Assembly: GCA_030647775.1 (NCBI GenBank)
Contig: JAUSJC010000010.1
Span: 6,208 to 70,207, forward strand
DNA from: Candidatus Curtissbacteria bacterium
Lineage (GTDB): Bacteria; Patescibacteriota; Microgenomatia; Curtissbacterales; GWA2-41-24
Length of the DNA stretch: 64,000 bases
Direction of reading: 5' to 3'
A model generated the notes under the pieces. The model made no database searches. It saw nothing but the letters and a program-made list of their open reading frames with translations, and was not told the DNA's origin. Of the stretch, positions 8,969-19,620 are shown piece after piece. Each line of letters opens with the position of its first letter. Within the stretch, counting starts at the first letter, position 1. Made by a program: the position numbers and the translations under genes.

Positions 8969-10465
8969 ATGAAAACTGTCCTTATAAAAATATCTTCAAT
9001 TCTTTTTATCTTTTTGTTCCTGACAATCGCATTTACTCCTCTCGCTCAAGCTCAAACATCGAAATGCACCCCGTCTGCAGATCTCAAAAATAACACCATT
9101 GACGCTATTAACCAATGCGCCATTGAAAGCGGTGCTTTTGATGATAAAATTTTTAATCTCAACCAAATTGCCGGCACAGTCGATAGCTTAAGTACTCTAT
9201 TAACCGGCCAATCTCAACTCCACCCGGCAACAAACAGCATCACCGCAGACGCCGGAGCGCTCACGGCTTCCGGAAAACTTATTGCCAGCCTTTATTCCAT
9301 TCCTCCCGTCTCCGGAGTCCAATATTTTGCACAACAAATTCAAAAATTTAACCCTGTCCAACCAGCTTATGCCCAAACATCTGCCGGAATCGGTTTTAAC
9401 GCACTATCACCGGTTCAAGATGTCTGGGCCGCTTTCAGGAATTTCTCTTACGTCGGCTTCGTCCTTGTCTTTATCGTCATCGGTTTTATGATTATGTTTC
9501 GCTCTAAAATTTCTCCGCAGGCCGTCGCCACCATCCAAGATTCACTGCCAAGAATTGTTGTCGCCCTCATCCTTGTCACCTTCAGCTACGCTATCGTCGG
9601 GTTGATGATTGATTTAATGTTCGTCCTCTTAAACGTTACAATTAACGCTTTAGGTGCTGCTGGCCTTACAACCGCCAATGCAGAAAAAGTAACCAACTCA
9701 AATGTCTTTAGCGTTGTCATGGGTTCACAAAAAGACATTTTTGGTGCGGTATTTGAAGCCGTTTCCGGCATTATTAAAAATGTATTTGATAATAATTGGT
9801 TAACTAAAATAATCGGGGTTCTCGGAGGATCAATTTTTGGGGTCATAGCAGGAATTGCCATGCTCTTTGTGATGTTCCGAATCTTTATAATGCTTTTGAT
9901 GTCCTACATAAGTATCATCATACTGACTATATTTGCTCCTTTTATATTACTTTTCCATGCCCTGCCCGGCAATAACGGCGCTAAAGAATGGTTCAAACAA
10001 GTAGGAGCCAACGTCGCCGTTTTCCCGACAGTTGCCTTAATGTTTATTTTGGCAGGGATGTTAAGCGGTATAGCATCACTCGGAGGCACAGCTGGCAGCC
10101 AGTTTAGTTCTGGTAACGTGGGGCAATTCCCTCTCCTTTCCGGGGGATTAGGACTTACAAATATCGGCAGTCTCATTGGTTTGGGTATTTTATTCATGAC
10201 ACCCGGAGCAGCAAAGATGGTTAAAGAAAGATTGGGAGTTAAAGAGGGTGCAATCGGAGCAGGCGGAGCCATGGCCGGTGCAGCTCTTGGCGCCGGAGCC
10301 GGCGCACTTGGCAGACCATTTGGTGCCGCTATCAACCCTGTCAGGCAATCACTCTCCTATCAATATGGGGCTGGAATGGCACAAAGAATCGGCAGATTTA
10401 CTGGTAAAACCGATAAAACCTCAACACCAAGCGAAGCAGAAGTAGAAGCAACCCAACGTTCTTAA
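8969..10465 (+). CDS. Polytopic membrane protein, VirB6/TrbL-like
   Basis: Signal peptide, about 7 TM segments, Gly/Ala-rich tail, T4SS-like context. Confidence 0.6.
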   Translation: MKTVLIKISSILFIFLFLTIAFTPLAQAQTSKCTPSADLKNNTIDAINQCAIESGAFDDKIFNLNQIAGTVDSLSTLLTGQSQLHPATNSITADAGALTASGKLIASLYSIPPVSGVQYFAQQIQKFNPVQPAYAQTSAGIGFNALSPVQDVWAAFRNFSYVGFVLVFIVIGFMIMFRSKISPQAVATIQDSLPRIVVALILVTFSYAIVGLMIDLMFVLLNVTINALGAAGLTTANAEKVTNSNVFSVVMGSQKDIFGAVFEAVSGIIKNVFDNNWLTKIIGVLGGSIFGVIAGIAMLFVMFRIFIMLLMSYISIIILTIFAPFILLFHALPGNNGAKEWFKQVGANVAVFPTVALMFILAGMLSGIASLGGTAGSQFSSGNVGQFPLLSGGLGLTNIGSLIGLGILFMTPGAAKMVKERLGVKEGAIGAGGAMAGAALGAGAGALGRPFGAAINPVRQSLSYQYGAGMAQRIGRFTGKTDKTSTPSEAEVEATQRS

Positions 10466-10473
10466 AACCGGGA

Positions 10474-13400
10474 CTATTTCCCTGAAACCTGCGCGCTGGA
10501 TTGGCTAAAGACCCCTTTAAATAGCGCCCATAAGAAAACTAAAAAGAAAGGCATCAAGTTGCTCGGCTTTTTTAGTTCACTCCCCATCACCCGGATCATT
10601 TCCAGATATTCCTTCAAAGTCCTGATCGGTACTATACCGGGAATCCCAGCAAGCTTTAAATATTTCTCTTTCATTCTCTCCGCGTCCTTGTGGTCTAACC
10701 GGTTTGTAGCGGCAGACACATCAAGTATCTGTTCAATTTCCGCCGAAGGCATATTATATTCACGTCCCCACCAGTCTTTCCAATGCTTGCCCATCTCCTG
10801 ATGCATTGGAACCAGTAACTTCATCCACGGATGCATTCTTATCTCACGGGTTGAATAGAACATCTTACGGTTATTAATGCCCATAAAAGTTTTGGTATCG
10901 GGACTGTTTAAATACGTCTGGCAAGCGTCTGCCGCGAAATACTTCTTCGTTTCTTTTCTGTCTGTCCACCAGTCTCCCATATTGTATTTAATAATATTTG
11001 TTTTCTCATTACTAAAAACCTCGCTCCAGCTAATATTTTGAAAAGTTAACTCCCCGTCATCTACTAACTCCTCGAGTGCAACTCCCCTTACCCAACCCCT
11101 ATCATTGGAATCACCACCCTCCCAGTTATTATCTAAGCTTTTACCGCCATTCCACTTTCCAATGTCGAGCTTACGCCCGTTATCGATATTCTTCATCCTG
11201 TCTGCAACTACATTCGCAAAACGTCTACTGGGGATACCAGGCCTTGCAACAACCAGCTTGTTTGCAATACCAGCATCAACATCATCATCCATTCGCAGCT
11301 TGTCATTGATAAGTTTAATAAGTAAGCGGTTATTGCCCAGTATTCCGCGCCTTCTGCCAAGCATATGTTTCGTTAATATGTAGTTGGCGTCCCTTGGCCT
11401 GCCTCTTACCTCATTTTGTAAAAATTCACCATAATGGTCTACCATCCTGCCAAACCAAACATCCGAATAATTGTTAAAAACAAAAGCCCCAAGCTTTTTT
11501 CTGCTCCTGCCATTATCATCCTTAAACCATTCTCCCTTTTTTTTGTCTCTATCCCATATCCTTATGCCGTCATAATCGGAAAACCCTCCCAATGTCCAAG
11601 TTACGTTGTAACCGTTATTAATAACCTGATCCAAAAGCCCCGCCTGAAGAAATTCGTCAATCTTATCACCCGATAAGCCCATTCCACCCAATCTGGTTTT
11701 AAGCGCATCAAGCAGGTCTTTCTTTCTCGTCCTTAAATAATGATAATCAGGGTCTGTTTCCTTATAACCGTGAGCACCCAGTAAAGTAGTCTCTCGATAC
11801 CAATCCAAAACAACTTTTTCCGCATTGCTAGGTTTAGCCCAGTATTCATTTATTGCATCATCGCTGGCGCCAACCCCAATTTTTTTCTTTACATAACCCT
11901 TTATCTCATCCCTTAATCGATTAAGTTCACCACGATCGACTACTGCCGATTTATCAAAAAGGTTCTTAATCTCTTCCGGCACGGTAACAAAATCTGTAGT
12001 TATATCTACTAAAGTCAGGCCTTCGACAAGATTCATCTGTGCCCTTTCCTTTGAAAACCGCTCAAAATAAACCTTCATCGCAACATCCAGTAAGTTAAAC
12101 TTTTCCGTCTCGTAAACCGGATTTCCACTGGCATCAACAATAGGATTACCAGCGGCATCTTTTTTCTGAATTCGGGAAACGAAATCATCCCCGTTATGAT
12201 CTTGAAAAAACCTGTCGAAAAAGATTTTAAAAGTATCATCCTTCCATAAGTTATTGCCAGCAATCGCTTCAAGCACTTTATCCGGATCCATCGCGTGCCC
12301 CTCCATAGTCAGGCGCAGAGAATAAATCGCAATAACCGCGTCTCTTAATTCATCTATTTTCATTTTCAGCTCCATCGCCTCCTTCTTTTCCTTTCCTGTT
12401 AAAGTTTCAACGGGTATCGCGTCAGAAATTTGGGTGATTACTTGTCTCACCCGACTAACTTCTTCCTGCGTCGAATTACCCGATTCCAACCGCCTGAAAT
12501 TGTTTTGCACATTCTTCATTGAGTCTTGCCAGTCTTTTGGGATACCGTATTCTGACTCTCTAACAATATTCAATCTGACACCCTCAAAAGTCGTCGAGGC
12601 TCTCCATTCCAGAAGCCCTTCAGCCCCCGCCACAGCTGGACGGCTTTTTGCGTACTCATAAAGCTGATAGTCAAAATCAGGCAGATGAATATTACCGATA
12701 CTAAGAGACCCCTCCAACTCTTTAATTTTGATGTCAAGAGGGTTAAAAAGACGCGCCCTTACCCCCGGCCCCAAAGCCTGAGCCCTCCCTCGAAGGGCCT
12801 CATCCATCTCTTTGGATAACTTTTTAAGATCATCTCTTCTAGCTTTGGGTACAATGCTGTCCAAAATTGCTTGTCTCGGGGTCCCTTTTGCTAAAATCTC
12901 ATGAGTTTCAATAGCATTCCCCAAGTTCTTTACAAAACGGTACCCGTCACCTCCAACCGTAGCTAGCCTTCTTGCTTCGATAAATTGGAAATCGAGAACC
13001 TCCCTCCGTGCATCAACAGCATCCACCTGAATTATCGTCAGGGGCCCAATAAGTGAAGTCTTAACGAGTAATTCCTGTATTATCTTCTCCGTAGAACCCA
13101 GCTTGACTAAACGAGCCATAATTCTCCCTTTAGCAACTCCAAACTCAGCATCAAATGCAACAGTGTCAGCCATTATCCTTTGTATGGATTTCAATGTCTC
13201 TAGCTGTAAAAGGTTGTAATCAACCAAGGAGTCCCTGTAGCTTTCATAGTCCATACGTCTCATCTCCATCATGTCTCCCAAACGCTTCTCATAATCTGAA
13301 TAAAAATCTTCAAATTTCCGAAATATTTCAGGCCTATCATCGCTCGAGCCTAACGCTCCACGCATCTCCATATCATCTAATATTCCAAGCCTCCTATGAA

Positions 13401-14631
13401 GCTCTTCAACTTGGTCTGGACCCAAAGCAGCTGTTGTTGCACCGAATACTGTACCCCCTCCGGCAATTGCTGGAACAATCCGCATACCATTCTCCTCCGC
13501 CCAAGCTAACCGCTCATTCCTGCCCATCCCACCCCAAATATCCGGTGTCTCCAAACGCTTATCGACCCCTGCCCCCTTAAAAAATCTATTGATGTCACCA
13601 ACAACATCTTCGCTTTTATAAAGTGGATAATTGACAGCAACATATTTTCCACCTTCTGTTTCGTAAACTTCAGCGTTTGTATTAGGATCAATAAATCTCA
13701 ATTTAAAATCAGGATCAACCTCACCTGCAGGAAAAGCGGTCGTGTTGGATATTCCGCGACTGTTTAATAAATCCATCTTTTTGACTGGATCATCCCTGTC
13801 CCACGTATCGGGAAGTTTTACATTGACCCCTTGCGCTGTCAAGGCCGCCTCCGCAAGCTCCCTGGGCATATTCCATAGATGAGGATACGTTCCGACAATC
13901 TTCGGCCTTTCTCCGGTGGTATCTTCCTCCTTCGCTACTTTTCTTCCCCTATGTATCTCTTCCGCCTCGACGGCACCAACCACAACTCTTTTCCCAACTT
14001 TCTCCCTTGTCAAAGTCTCTTCTTCAAGATCTCTGGCTTTCTCGATCTTCAAACGGGCTAAGTCCTCTTCAACTTTTCTTTCTTTTGTTCCGGCACGGGC
14101 TTCGAAATCCTCATTCGCTGGTTCGGCAATATCCACATCCTCTTCACGCATAACCCCCTGGGCTTCAACCACAATATCGGCAGAGGACATCTTATCGACT
14201 TCTTCAAGCATATATCCCCTTTCCAAAAGAATGTCCTTAAGCCGCTTAAATTTCTCGTAAGGAACCGCAACTTGCCCATCGCCATCCCTCAACTCTGCTA
14301 GAATTTCTGCAGCCGCTTTTGCATCTTTAAACGGTAATTTTACTGGTTGTTTGTTTGGGGTTGGCTTTTCGTCCGACTTATAAGTTGCCGGTTTGGATTC
14401 TCCCCCCTGTCGACTTTTTTCTTCTTCGCTTTGCCTAGGAGATTTTTTGGCTCCCTTTTTATCGGCCTCCTTTTTGCCCTCATCTGTTCTCCTTTTCTTC
14501 TCGTTATCCAAACGGCGCTGCTCTCTTTTTTGTTCCTCGTCTCTTCCTGGGGTTTCTTCTGGCATATTCATATTATATCCAAAACTTGCTTCCGACATAC
14601 AATCTTCCTTTCTATCGCCAATTATAATCAC
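10474..14631 (-). CDS. Very large charged hypothetical protein with C-terminal hydrophobic segment
   Basis: 1385-aa ORF; start may be at a later Met; no recognised domain. Confidence 0.75.
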   Translation of the reverse strand: MIIIGDRKEDCMSEASFGYNMNMPEETPGRDEEQKREQRRLDNEKKRRTDEGKKEADKKGAKKSPRQSEEEKSRQGGESKPATYKSDEKPTPNKQPVKLPFKDAKAAAEILAELRDGDGQVAVPYEKFKRLKDILLERGYMLEEVDKMSSADIVVEAQGVMREEDVDIAEPANEDFEARAGTKERKVEEDLARLKIEKARDLEEETLTREKVGKRVVVGAVEAEEIHRGRKVAKEEDTTGERPKIVGTYPHLWNMPRELAEAALTAQGVNVKLPDTWDRDDPVKKMDLLNSRGISNTTAFPAGEVDPDFKLRFIDPNTNAEVYETEGGKYVAVNYPLYKSEDVVGDINRFFKGAGVDKRLETPDIWGGMGRNERLAWAEENGMRIVPAIAGGGTVFGATTAALGPDQVEELHRRLGILDDMEMRGALGSSDDRPEIFRKFEDFYSDYEKRLGDMMEMRRMDYESYRDSLVDYNLLQLETLKSIQRIMADTVAFDAEFGVAKGRIMARLVKLGSTEKIIQELLVKTSLIGPLTIIQVDAVDARREVLDFQFIEARRLATVGGDGYRFVKNLGNAIETHEILAKGTPRQAILDSIVPKARRDDLKKLSKEMDEALRGRAQALGPGVRARLFNPLDIKIKELEGSLSIGNIHLPDFDYQLYEYAKSRPAVAGAEGLLEWRASTTFEGVRLNIVRESEYGIPKDWQDSMKNVQNNFRRLESGNSTQEEVSRVRQVITQISDAIPVETLTGKEKKEAMELKMKIDELRDAVIAIYSLRLTMEGHAMDPDKVLEAIAGNNLWKDDTFKIFFDRFFQDHNGDDFVSRIQKKDAAGNPIVDASGNPVYETEKFNLLDVAMKVYFERFSKERAQMNLVEGLTLVDITTDFVTVPEEIKNLFDKSAVVDRGELNRLRDEIKGYVKKKIGVGASDDAINEYWAKPSNAEKVVLDWYRETTLLGAHGYKETDPDYHYLRTRKKDLLDALKTRLGGMGLSGDKIDEFLQAGLLDQVINNGYNVTWTLGGFSDYDGIRIWDRDKKKGEWFKDDNGRSRKKLGAFVFNNYSDVWFGRMVDHYGEFLQNEVRGRPRDANYILTKHMLGRRRGILGNNRLLIKLINDKLRMDDDVDAGIANKLVVARPGIPSRRFANVVADRMKNIDNGRKLDIGKWNGGKSLDNNWEGGDSNDRGWVRGVALEELVDDGELTFQNISWSEVFSNEKTNIIKYNMGDWWTDRKETKKYFAADACQTYLNSPDTKTFMGINNRKMFYSTREIRMHPWMKLLVPMHQEMGKHWKDWWGREYNMPSAEIEQILDVSAATNRLDHKDAERMKEKYLKLAGIPGIVPIRTLKEYLEMIRVMGSELKKPSNLMPFFLVFLWALFKGVFSQSSAQVSGK

Positions 14632-14815
14632 CTACCCTATAGTTGCTTGACTTTAACCTGACAGCCAATCTGACAATTTTGTCAGACGCTAAAAGCTAAA
14701 CGACAAACGACTAAGACAAGATAAAAATCAGTATTAATTTTCATGGTCAGTGTGAAAATCTGGGCCTATTTTGAGGCTAGATATTTCCACTTCTCTGCTC
14801 TTGTTTCATATGTTA

Positions 14816-14915
14816 TGGTAACTTTGGTGACAAAGTTACCAGGCTATTGGGTACTTAGGTAATTAGGTTATTGGGAGACTAACCAAACAACCCAAAGACC
14901 TAAAAGCCTAATCGC
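14816..14915. repeat. 11-bp GNRA-loop hairpin followed by inverted 8-mer array
   Basis: TGGTAACTTTG-GTGA-CAAAGTTACCA, then ttagg/ttggg units and cctaa/cccaa units. Confidence 0.7.
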
Positions 14916-14925
14916 CATTTCAAAA

Positions 14926-15318
14926 ATGGGTGATTTTACAAAACTTATTATTTGGCAAAAAGCTCACGATCTAACAATTAAGGTCTACGCTTTAACAAAA
15001 AAGCTACCTAAAACCGAAGATTATAGCTTGAAATCGCAATTGAGACGAGCTGCAGTCTCCTGTGAGTCAAACATTGCCGAAGGAGAAACCAGATACACTG
15101 ACGCAGCAAAAATCAACTTCTTTGTAGATTCAAGGTCATCCGGTGCAGAAGTTCAAAGTCAGTTGATGATTATGCGTGACGTTTATCCAGAATTATCAGA
15201 AGAATCCGAAGCATTACGTTTGGAATACGAAGATTTTTGCAAACAAACCAACAGCCTAATTTCGTTTAGAAGAAAATCTAACCTAATATCCCAAAATCCA
15301 AAAAACCTAACAGCCTAA
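14926..15318 (+). CDS. Four-helix-bundle protein (23S rRNA IVS protein / bAvd-like family)
   Basis: FTKLIIWQKAHDL...LPKTEDYSLKSQLRRAAVSCESNIAEG. Confidence 0.9.
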   Translation: MGDFTKLIIWQKAHDLTIKVYALTKKLPKTEDYSLKSQLRRAAVSCESNIAEGETRYTDAAKINFFVDSRSSGAEVQSQLMIMRDVYPELSEESEALRLEYEDFCKQTNSLISFRRKSNLISQNPKNLTA

Positions 15319-16826
15319 TGAACCAACACCCTGTCCCGCAGCATATCGCCTCTTTCGAATTTAAGCTTTTTGGCAACCTTACCATCCGCCAATTTGTCGC
15401 TCTTTCCATTCCAATGTCTGTTGCCGCCCTTATTTTCTTTTCCCCGGGCCCAACCATCATCCGCTTTCCATTTTCCATCTTCTTCGCCGGCCTCGGCCTG
15501 TTTGCCGCTCTTGTCCCGGTCCAGGGACGCCCTTTTGATAAATGGGTCGTTGCCTTCACGAGGGCCATCCTTTCACCAACCCAAAGGGTTTGGGTTAAAG
15601 AAGCCAAAATCCCGCAGTTTTTAAATATCATCATAAACCAGCCCAAACACCCCAATGAGCCCCCCCAACCCATTACCTTTCAGGACCGCCAAAGGCTTTC
15701 CCAGTACTTGAGATCACTCCCCAAATCCACAGTTTCGCCTCTGGATGTTAGAGAACAGCAGGCCATCGAAAAGCTCGGCCTCGTTCCTCCGGTGCAGGGC
15801 TTGCCCTCCGAAGCTTTAGCGAAGGAGGGCAAACTTCCCCCTTCAATCCTTTGGACAACTGCCGGCCCCAAGACCAAACAGGCGTTCGTCCAAACTACCG
15901 AACCGATCTTGGAAGAACGGTTCCAGGGAATTATGCCCCAAGCCTTACCCCAAATAACTCCGCTTGGAAAACCGGCAACCGCCGTTAGAATCAGCCCCCA
16001 CGCTAAACCGTATGCCCTGCCCGGCCTGGAAAAAAGGCTCGCCGAAAAACAAATTCTCGTTTCCCCCACGCTTCAGCTGGCTTCAAACACCAACTTTTCT
16101 ATTGAAAACATCATTCCTATCCCCGGCAAACATGTCAGGCTTCTGCACGGTCTTACCAAAAGCCGCACGCGAAAACTCCATTTTGCCCCGCCGAAGAATT
16201 TCAATCTTGCCAATCTGCCGGTGCGCGGCGAAGCAAGATTCGAAGTCTCCGAAGAATTGAAAAAACGCTTCCAATTTAATGAACCGGCACTCCAGCCTAT
16301 ACCCCAAGCCCAAGAAACCCCGGTGCAAACACCGAAAATCGAAGTTGAACCGCAACGCGCGTCCGCTCACCAGGCGCCAAGGCCGCCGAAACAAAATCAA
16401 TTTGTTCCCAGACCGCAAACAGCTCACTTCACTGCCCAAAACGCCACGCTAAAACAGGAAGAATCCGAACGTGCAGATTCGCAAATGACCATTCGGGGCC
16501 AAAAGGTTGACGGCACCAAATCTGCTTCTATTTTAGAAAGGGCCCGTATTATCCCTTTAACAAACACCCCCAATGTTCTCTCCGGCTTGGTTTCCGATGC
16601 CGCCGGTATTCCTCTTGAAGGCGCAATCATTACTGTCCGCGACCAAAGCGGCATACCGGTTCGCGCCTTAAAAACCAATAAGCTTGGCCAGTTTCTTTCA
16701 ACAACTCCTCTTATAAGCGGCGTTTATTCTTTGGAAATTGAGCACACAAACGCCCGTTTTGAACCAATCACCATTAATCTTATCGGCAACATTGTGGTAC
16801 CACTGGAGATTAAAGCCAAAGGATGA
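15318..16826 (+). CDS. PrgI-family (VirB3-like) protein with C-terminal carboxypeptidase-regulatory-like beta domain
   Basis: QHPVPQHIASFEFKLFGNLTIRQF plus two TM; LSGLVSDAAGIPLEGAIITVRD. Confidence 0.8.
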   Translation: MNQHPVPQHIASFEFKLFGNLTIRQFVALSIPMSVAALIFFSPGPTIIRFPFSIFFAGLGLFAALVPVQGRPFDKWVVAFTRAILSPTQRVWVKEAKIPQFLNIIINQPKHPNEPPQPITFQDRQRLSQYLRSLPKSTVSPLDVREQQAIEKLGLVPPVQGLPSEALAKEGKLPPSILWTTAGPKTKQAFVQTTEPILEERFQGIMPQALPQITPLGKPATAVRISPHAKPYALPGLEKRLAEKQILVSPTLQLASNTNFSIENIIPIPGKHVRLLHGLTKSRTRKLHFAPPKNFNLANLPVRGEARFEVSEELKKRFQFNEPALQPIPQAQETPVQTPKIEVEPQRASAHQAPRPPKQNQFVPRPQTAHFTAQNATLKQEESERADSQMTIRGQKVDGTKSASILERARIIPLTNTPNVLSGLVSDAAGIPLEGAIITVRDQSGIPVRALKTNKLGQFLSTTPLISGVYSLEIEHTNARFEPITINLIGNIVVPLEIKAKG

Positions 16827-17803
16827 AAATCATGTCACAAACTCCTAAAACTAAAGCTTCAACCCAACAGCACCTTGATGTCGAAGATATCACCGAAGAC
16901 TTGGTCATTTTAAAAACCGGCTGGGTGGCCATGGTCATGTCGACAACTGCCATCAATTTCGACCTTCTTTCTGAAGCCGAACAAGACGCTACAATCTATG
17001 CTTTCGGCGCCTTTTTGAATTCGCTCACTTTCCCGCTTGAAGTATTAATTAGAAGTAAAAAAGCCGACATTACCTCTTACTTCCAAAGCCTTGAGGAAGC
17101 CCAGCGCATTCAGCCTAACCCTGATCTTAAAAGGCAAATCCAAAAATATCAGGAGTTTATTCAGGCAACCGTCCAGCAAAAAACAGTTTTGGATAAAAGG
17201 TTCTATTTAATCATTAATTATTCCCCGCTTGGGCCCGAGTTTAAAGGCTTCGGCAAAAATAGCCAAAACCCAAAGAGTAAGGCCCAGCTTATCCAAACTG
17301 CCAAAAGCGCTCTTTCCCCGAAGCGCGACCATGTTATCAAACAAACCGCCAGGCTTGGTATTAATACCCGCCAGCTCATGTCGCAGGAATTGATCGAACT
17401 TTTTTATGATATTTATAACCCGGCCCCAACCGGCACTCAAAGGGTTATTTTGGATGCCGCCTCGTACACTACCCCGCTGGTAGAACCGGCAATCGCCAAC
17501 CCCACGCCGGCATCAGGGCCGGCTGTCGAACAGGAACTTACCAATATTAATAGACCGCAAGCAGGTGAAATAGTAACTCAGCAGGAAACAAATCTGCGAC
17601 CCGTACCGCCAGCCTCGACGCCCGCTTCGACGCGAGGCGAGCTAGGCGGGTCAGCCTCGGCTCAAGGCGGGCCGCCTCCGACGCAGGCTCCACCTGTACC
17701 CCAGCCGGCACAATATGTCACCGCTGCACCGACCCAAGCCGAGCCGCAAGCCGTGGCCCCAAACCCTAACCCAATTCAGGAAACTGGAGGTAACAACCAA
17801 TGA
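16823..17803 (+). CDS. Conserved T4SS-locus protein (TraC/VirB4 N-terminal-like), Pro-rich tail
   Basis: STQQHLDVEDI...AINFDLLSEAEQDATIYAFGAFLNSLTFP; lies between PrgI and VirB4. Confidence 0.65.
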   Translation: MKIMSQTPKTKASTQQHLDVEDITEDLVILKTGWVAMVMSTTAINFDLLSEAEQDATIYAFGAFLNSLTFPLEVLIRSKKADITSYFQSLEEAQRIQPNPDLKRQIQKYQEFIQATVQQKTVLDKRFYLIINYSPLGPEFKGFGKNSQNPKSKAQLIQTAKSALSPKRDHVIKQTARLGINTRQLMSQELIELFYDIYNPAPTGTQRVILDAASYTTPLVEPAIANPTPASGPAVEQELTNINRPQAGEIVTQQETNLRPVPPASTPASTRGELGGSASAQGGPPPTQAPPVPQPAQYVTAAPTQAEPQAVAPNPNPIQETGGNNQ

Positions 17804-19620
17804 AGTTTTTCCCTGATATCTTTGGTAAAAAACCGCAAGCCGCCGCCAATCTTTCCGATCAGGAAAGCGGCTGGGCCCAAACGCTGGCAACCGGATCGGT
17901 TTCAGTCCAGGATATCATCGCCCCTCCGGCCATAGAAGTTGATTTCGATTTCATTAAAATCGGCGCCTATTATTACCGCACCCTTTTTGTCATCGGCTAC
18001 CCCCGGTTTGTCGAGGCAAACTGGCTCTCCCCCTTAATTAACTTTGAGCACACATTGGAAATTGCTCTCTACTCTTATCCGGTCGAGGCCAAAGGCGTCC
18101 TTGACGACTTAAAGCGCAAAATGACCGAAATGGAGGCAACCATTGCTACCGATATCCAGCACGGGCACCTAATCGACCCGGCTGTCCAGGCTGCGCTAGA
18201 AGATGCCCAGATGCTTCAGGAAGAACTGGTCAAAGGCGCCGAAAGGTTCTTTCAGTTTGGCCTTTATGTCACTGTCCCGGCACAATCCAAAGAAGAACTC
18301 GATGAAGTCACCAAGCAAGTCGAATCAACGCTTGGCTCCCTGCTTCTTGTCCCAAAACACGCCTCACTGCAGCAGGAAGATGCTTTTAAAACCACCCTCC
18401 CGCAAGGTACCGACCACATTTATATCACCAGGAATATGGATACCACTTCCCTGGCCACAACTTTCCCTTTTGTCTCCTCATCGCTAACCTCCAATTCCGG
18501 CATCATGTACGGCATCAATGAGCATAACGGCTCATTGGTAATTTTCGACCGTTTTAGCCAGGAAAACGCCAATTCCGTAATCTTTGCCAAATCCGGCGCC
18601 GGCAAATCTTATCTGGTTAAACTCGAAGCCCTCCGTTCCCTCATGTTTGGCACCGAAGTCATTGTCATCGACCCCGAAGAAGAATATAAAACCCTTTGCC
18701 AGGCAATCGGCGGCGAGTTAATCAGCTTTAACTTCTCATCTGAAGCCAAAATCAACCCTTTCGACCTTTCCGGAATCTATGAAGAAGGCGAAAACGAACT
18801 GGGCTTAAAAATCCTTTCCCTCCACGGGCTTTTTAAAATAATCATGGGCAATCTTACCCCTTCGGAAGATGCCCTCCTTGACCGTGCGCTGGTTGCCACC
18901 TATAAAGCCAAAGGCATCACCCCCGATCCGGCTACCCAGCAAAACGAACCGCCTTTGATGGAAGACCTCTATAAAGTTTTAATTGGTATGGAAGAGTCAA
19001 CCGCCAAGGGCCTTGCCGACAGGATTGAAAGATTCGTTAAGGGCTCACTAGTTGGCATCTTCAACCAGCAAAGCAATATCGATATCAAAAATACCTTCAC
19101 CGTTTTTTCGATTAAAGACCTGGAAAACGAACTTCGCCCCATTGCTATGTACTTAATTTTGGATTTCATCTGGACCAAGGTCAAAAATGATATCAGGAAA
19201 CGGCTTCTAATAGTCGACGAGGCCTGGTACTTAATGCAGTATCCGGACAGCGCTTCATTTATGTACGGCATCGCCAAACGCGCCAGAAAGTATTACCTTG
19301 GCTTAACGACAATCACCCAGGATGTCGAAGATTTTCTAACCACCGACTACGGCCGCGCTATCGTTACCAACTCAAGTATCCAGATTCTTCTTAAACAATC
19401 CCCGGCGGCCATCGACCAGGTCGCCGATACTTTTTACCTTTCCGAGGGCGAAAAGCATCTTCTCCTTTCTGCCGATATTGGGGAAGGCATCTTTTTTGCC
19501 GGCCCCAACCATGTTGCCATCAGGATTGTGGCTTCAGACGATGAGCATGCCCTCGTAACCACTAATCCAAAGGAACTCCAGGAGATGGCCAAAGCCCAAG
19601 AACTCCAAAAGCAATTTTAA
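17800..19620 (+). CDS. virB4: VirB4-like T4SS ATPase
   Basis: Walker A AKSGAGKS; VIDPEEEY; Walker B LLIVDEAW; RARKY; ITQ. Confidence 0.9.
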   Translation: MKFFPDIFGKKPQAAANLSDQESGWAQTLATGSVSVQDIIAPPAIEVDFDFIKIGAYYYRTLFVIGYPRFVEANWLSPLINFEHTLEIALYSYPVEAKGVLDDLKRKMTEMEATIATDIQHGHLIDPAVQAALEDAQMLQEELVKGAERFFQFGLYVTVPAQSKEELDEVTKQVESTLGSLLLVPKHASLQQEDAFKTTLPQGTDHIYITRNMDTTSLATTFPFVSSSLTSNSGIMYGINEHNGSLVIFDRFSQENANSVIFAKSGAGKSYLVKLEALRSLMFGTEVIVIDPEEEYKTLCQAIGGELISFNFSSEAKINPFDLSGIYEEGENELGLKILSLHGLFKIIMGNLTPSEDALLDRALVATYKAKGITPDPATQQNEPPLMEDLYKVLIGMEESTAKGLADRIERFVKGSLVGIFNQQSNIDIKNTFTVFSIKDLENELRPIAMYLILDFIWTKVKNDIRKRLLIVDEAWYLMQYPDSASFMYGIAKRARKYYLGLTTITQDVEDFLTTDYGRAIVTNSSIQILLKQSPAAIDQVADTFYLSEGEKHLLLSADIGEGIFFAGPNHVAIRIVASDDEHALVTTNPKELQEMAKAQELQKQF

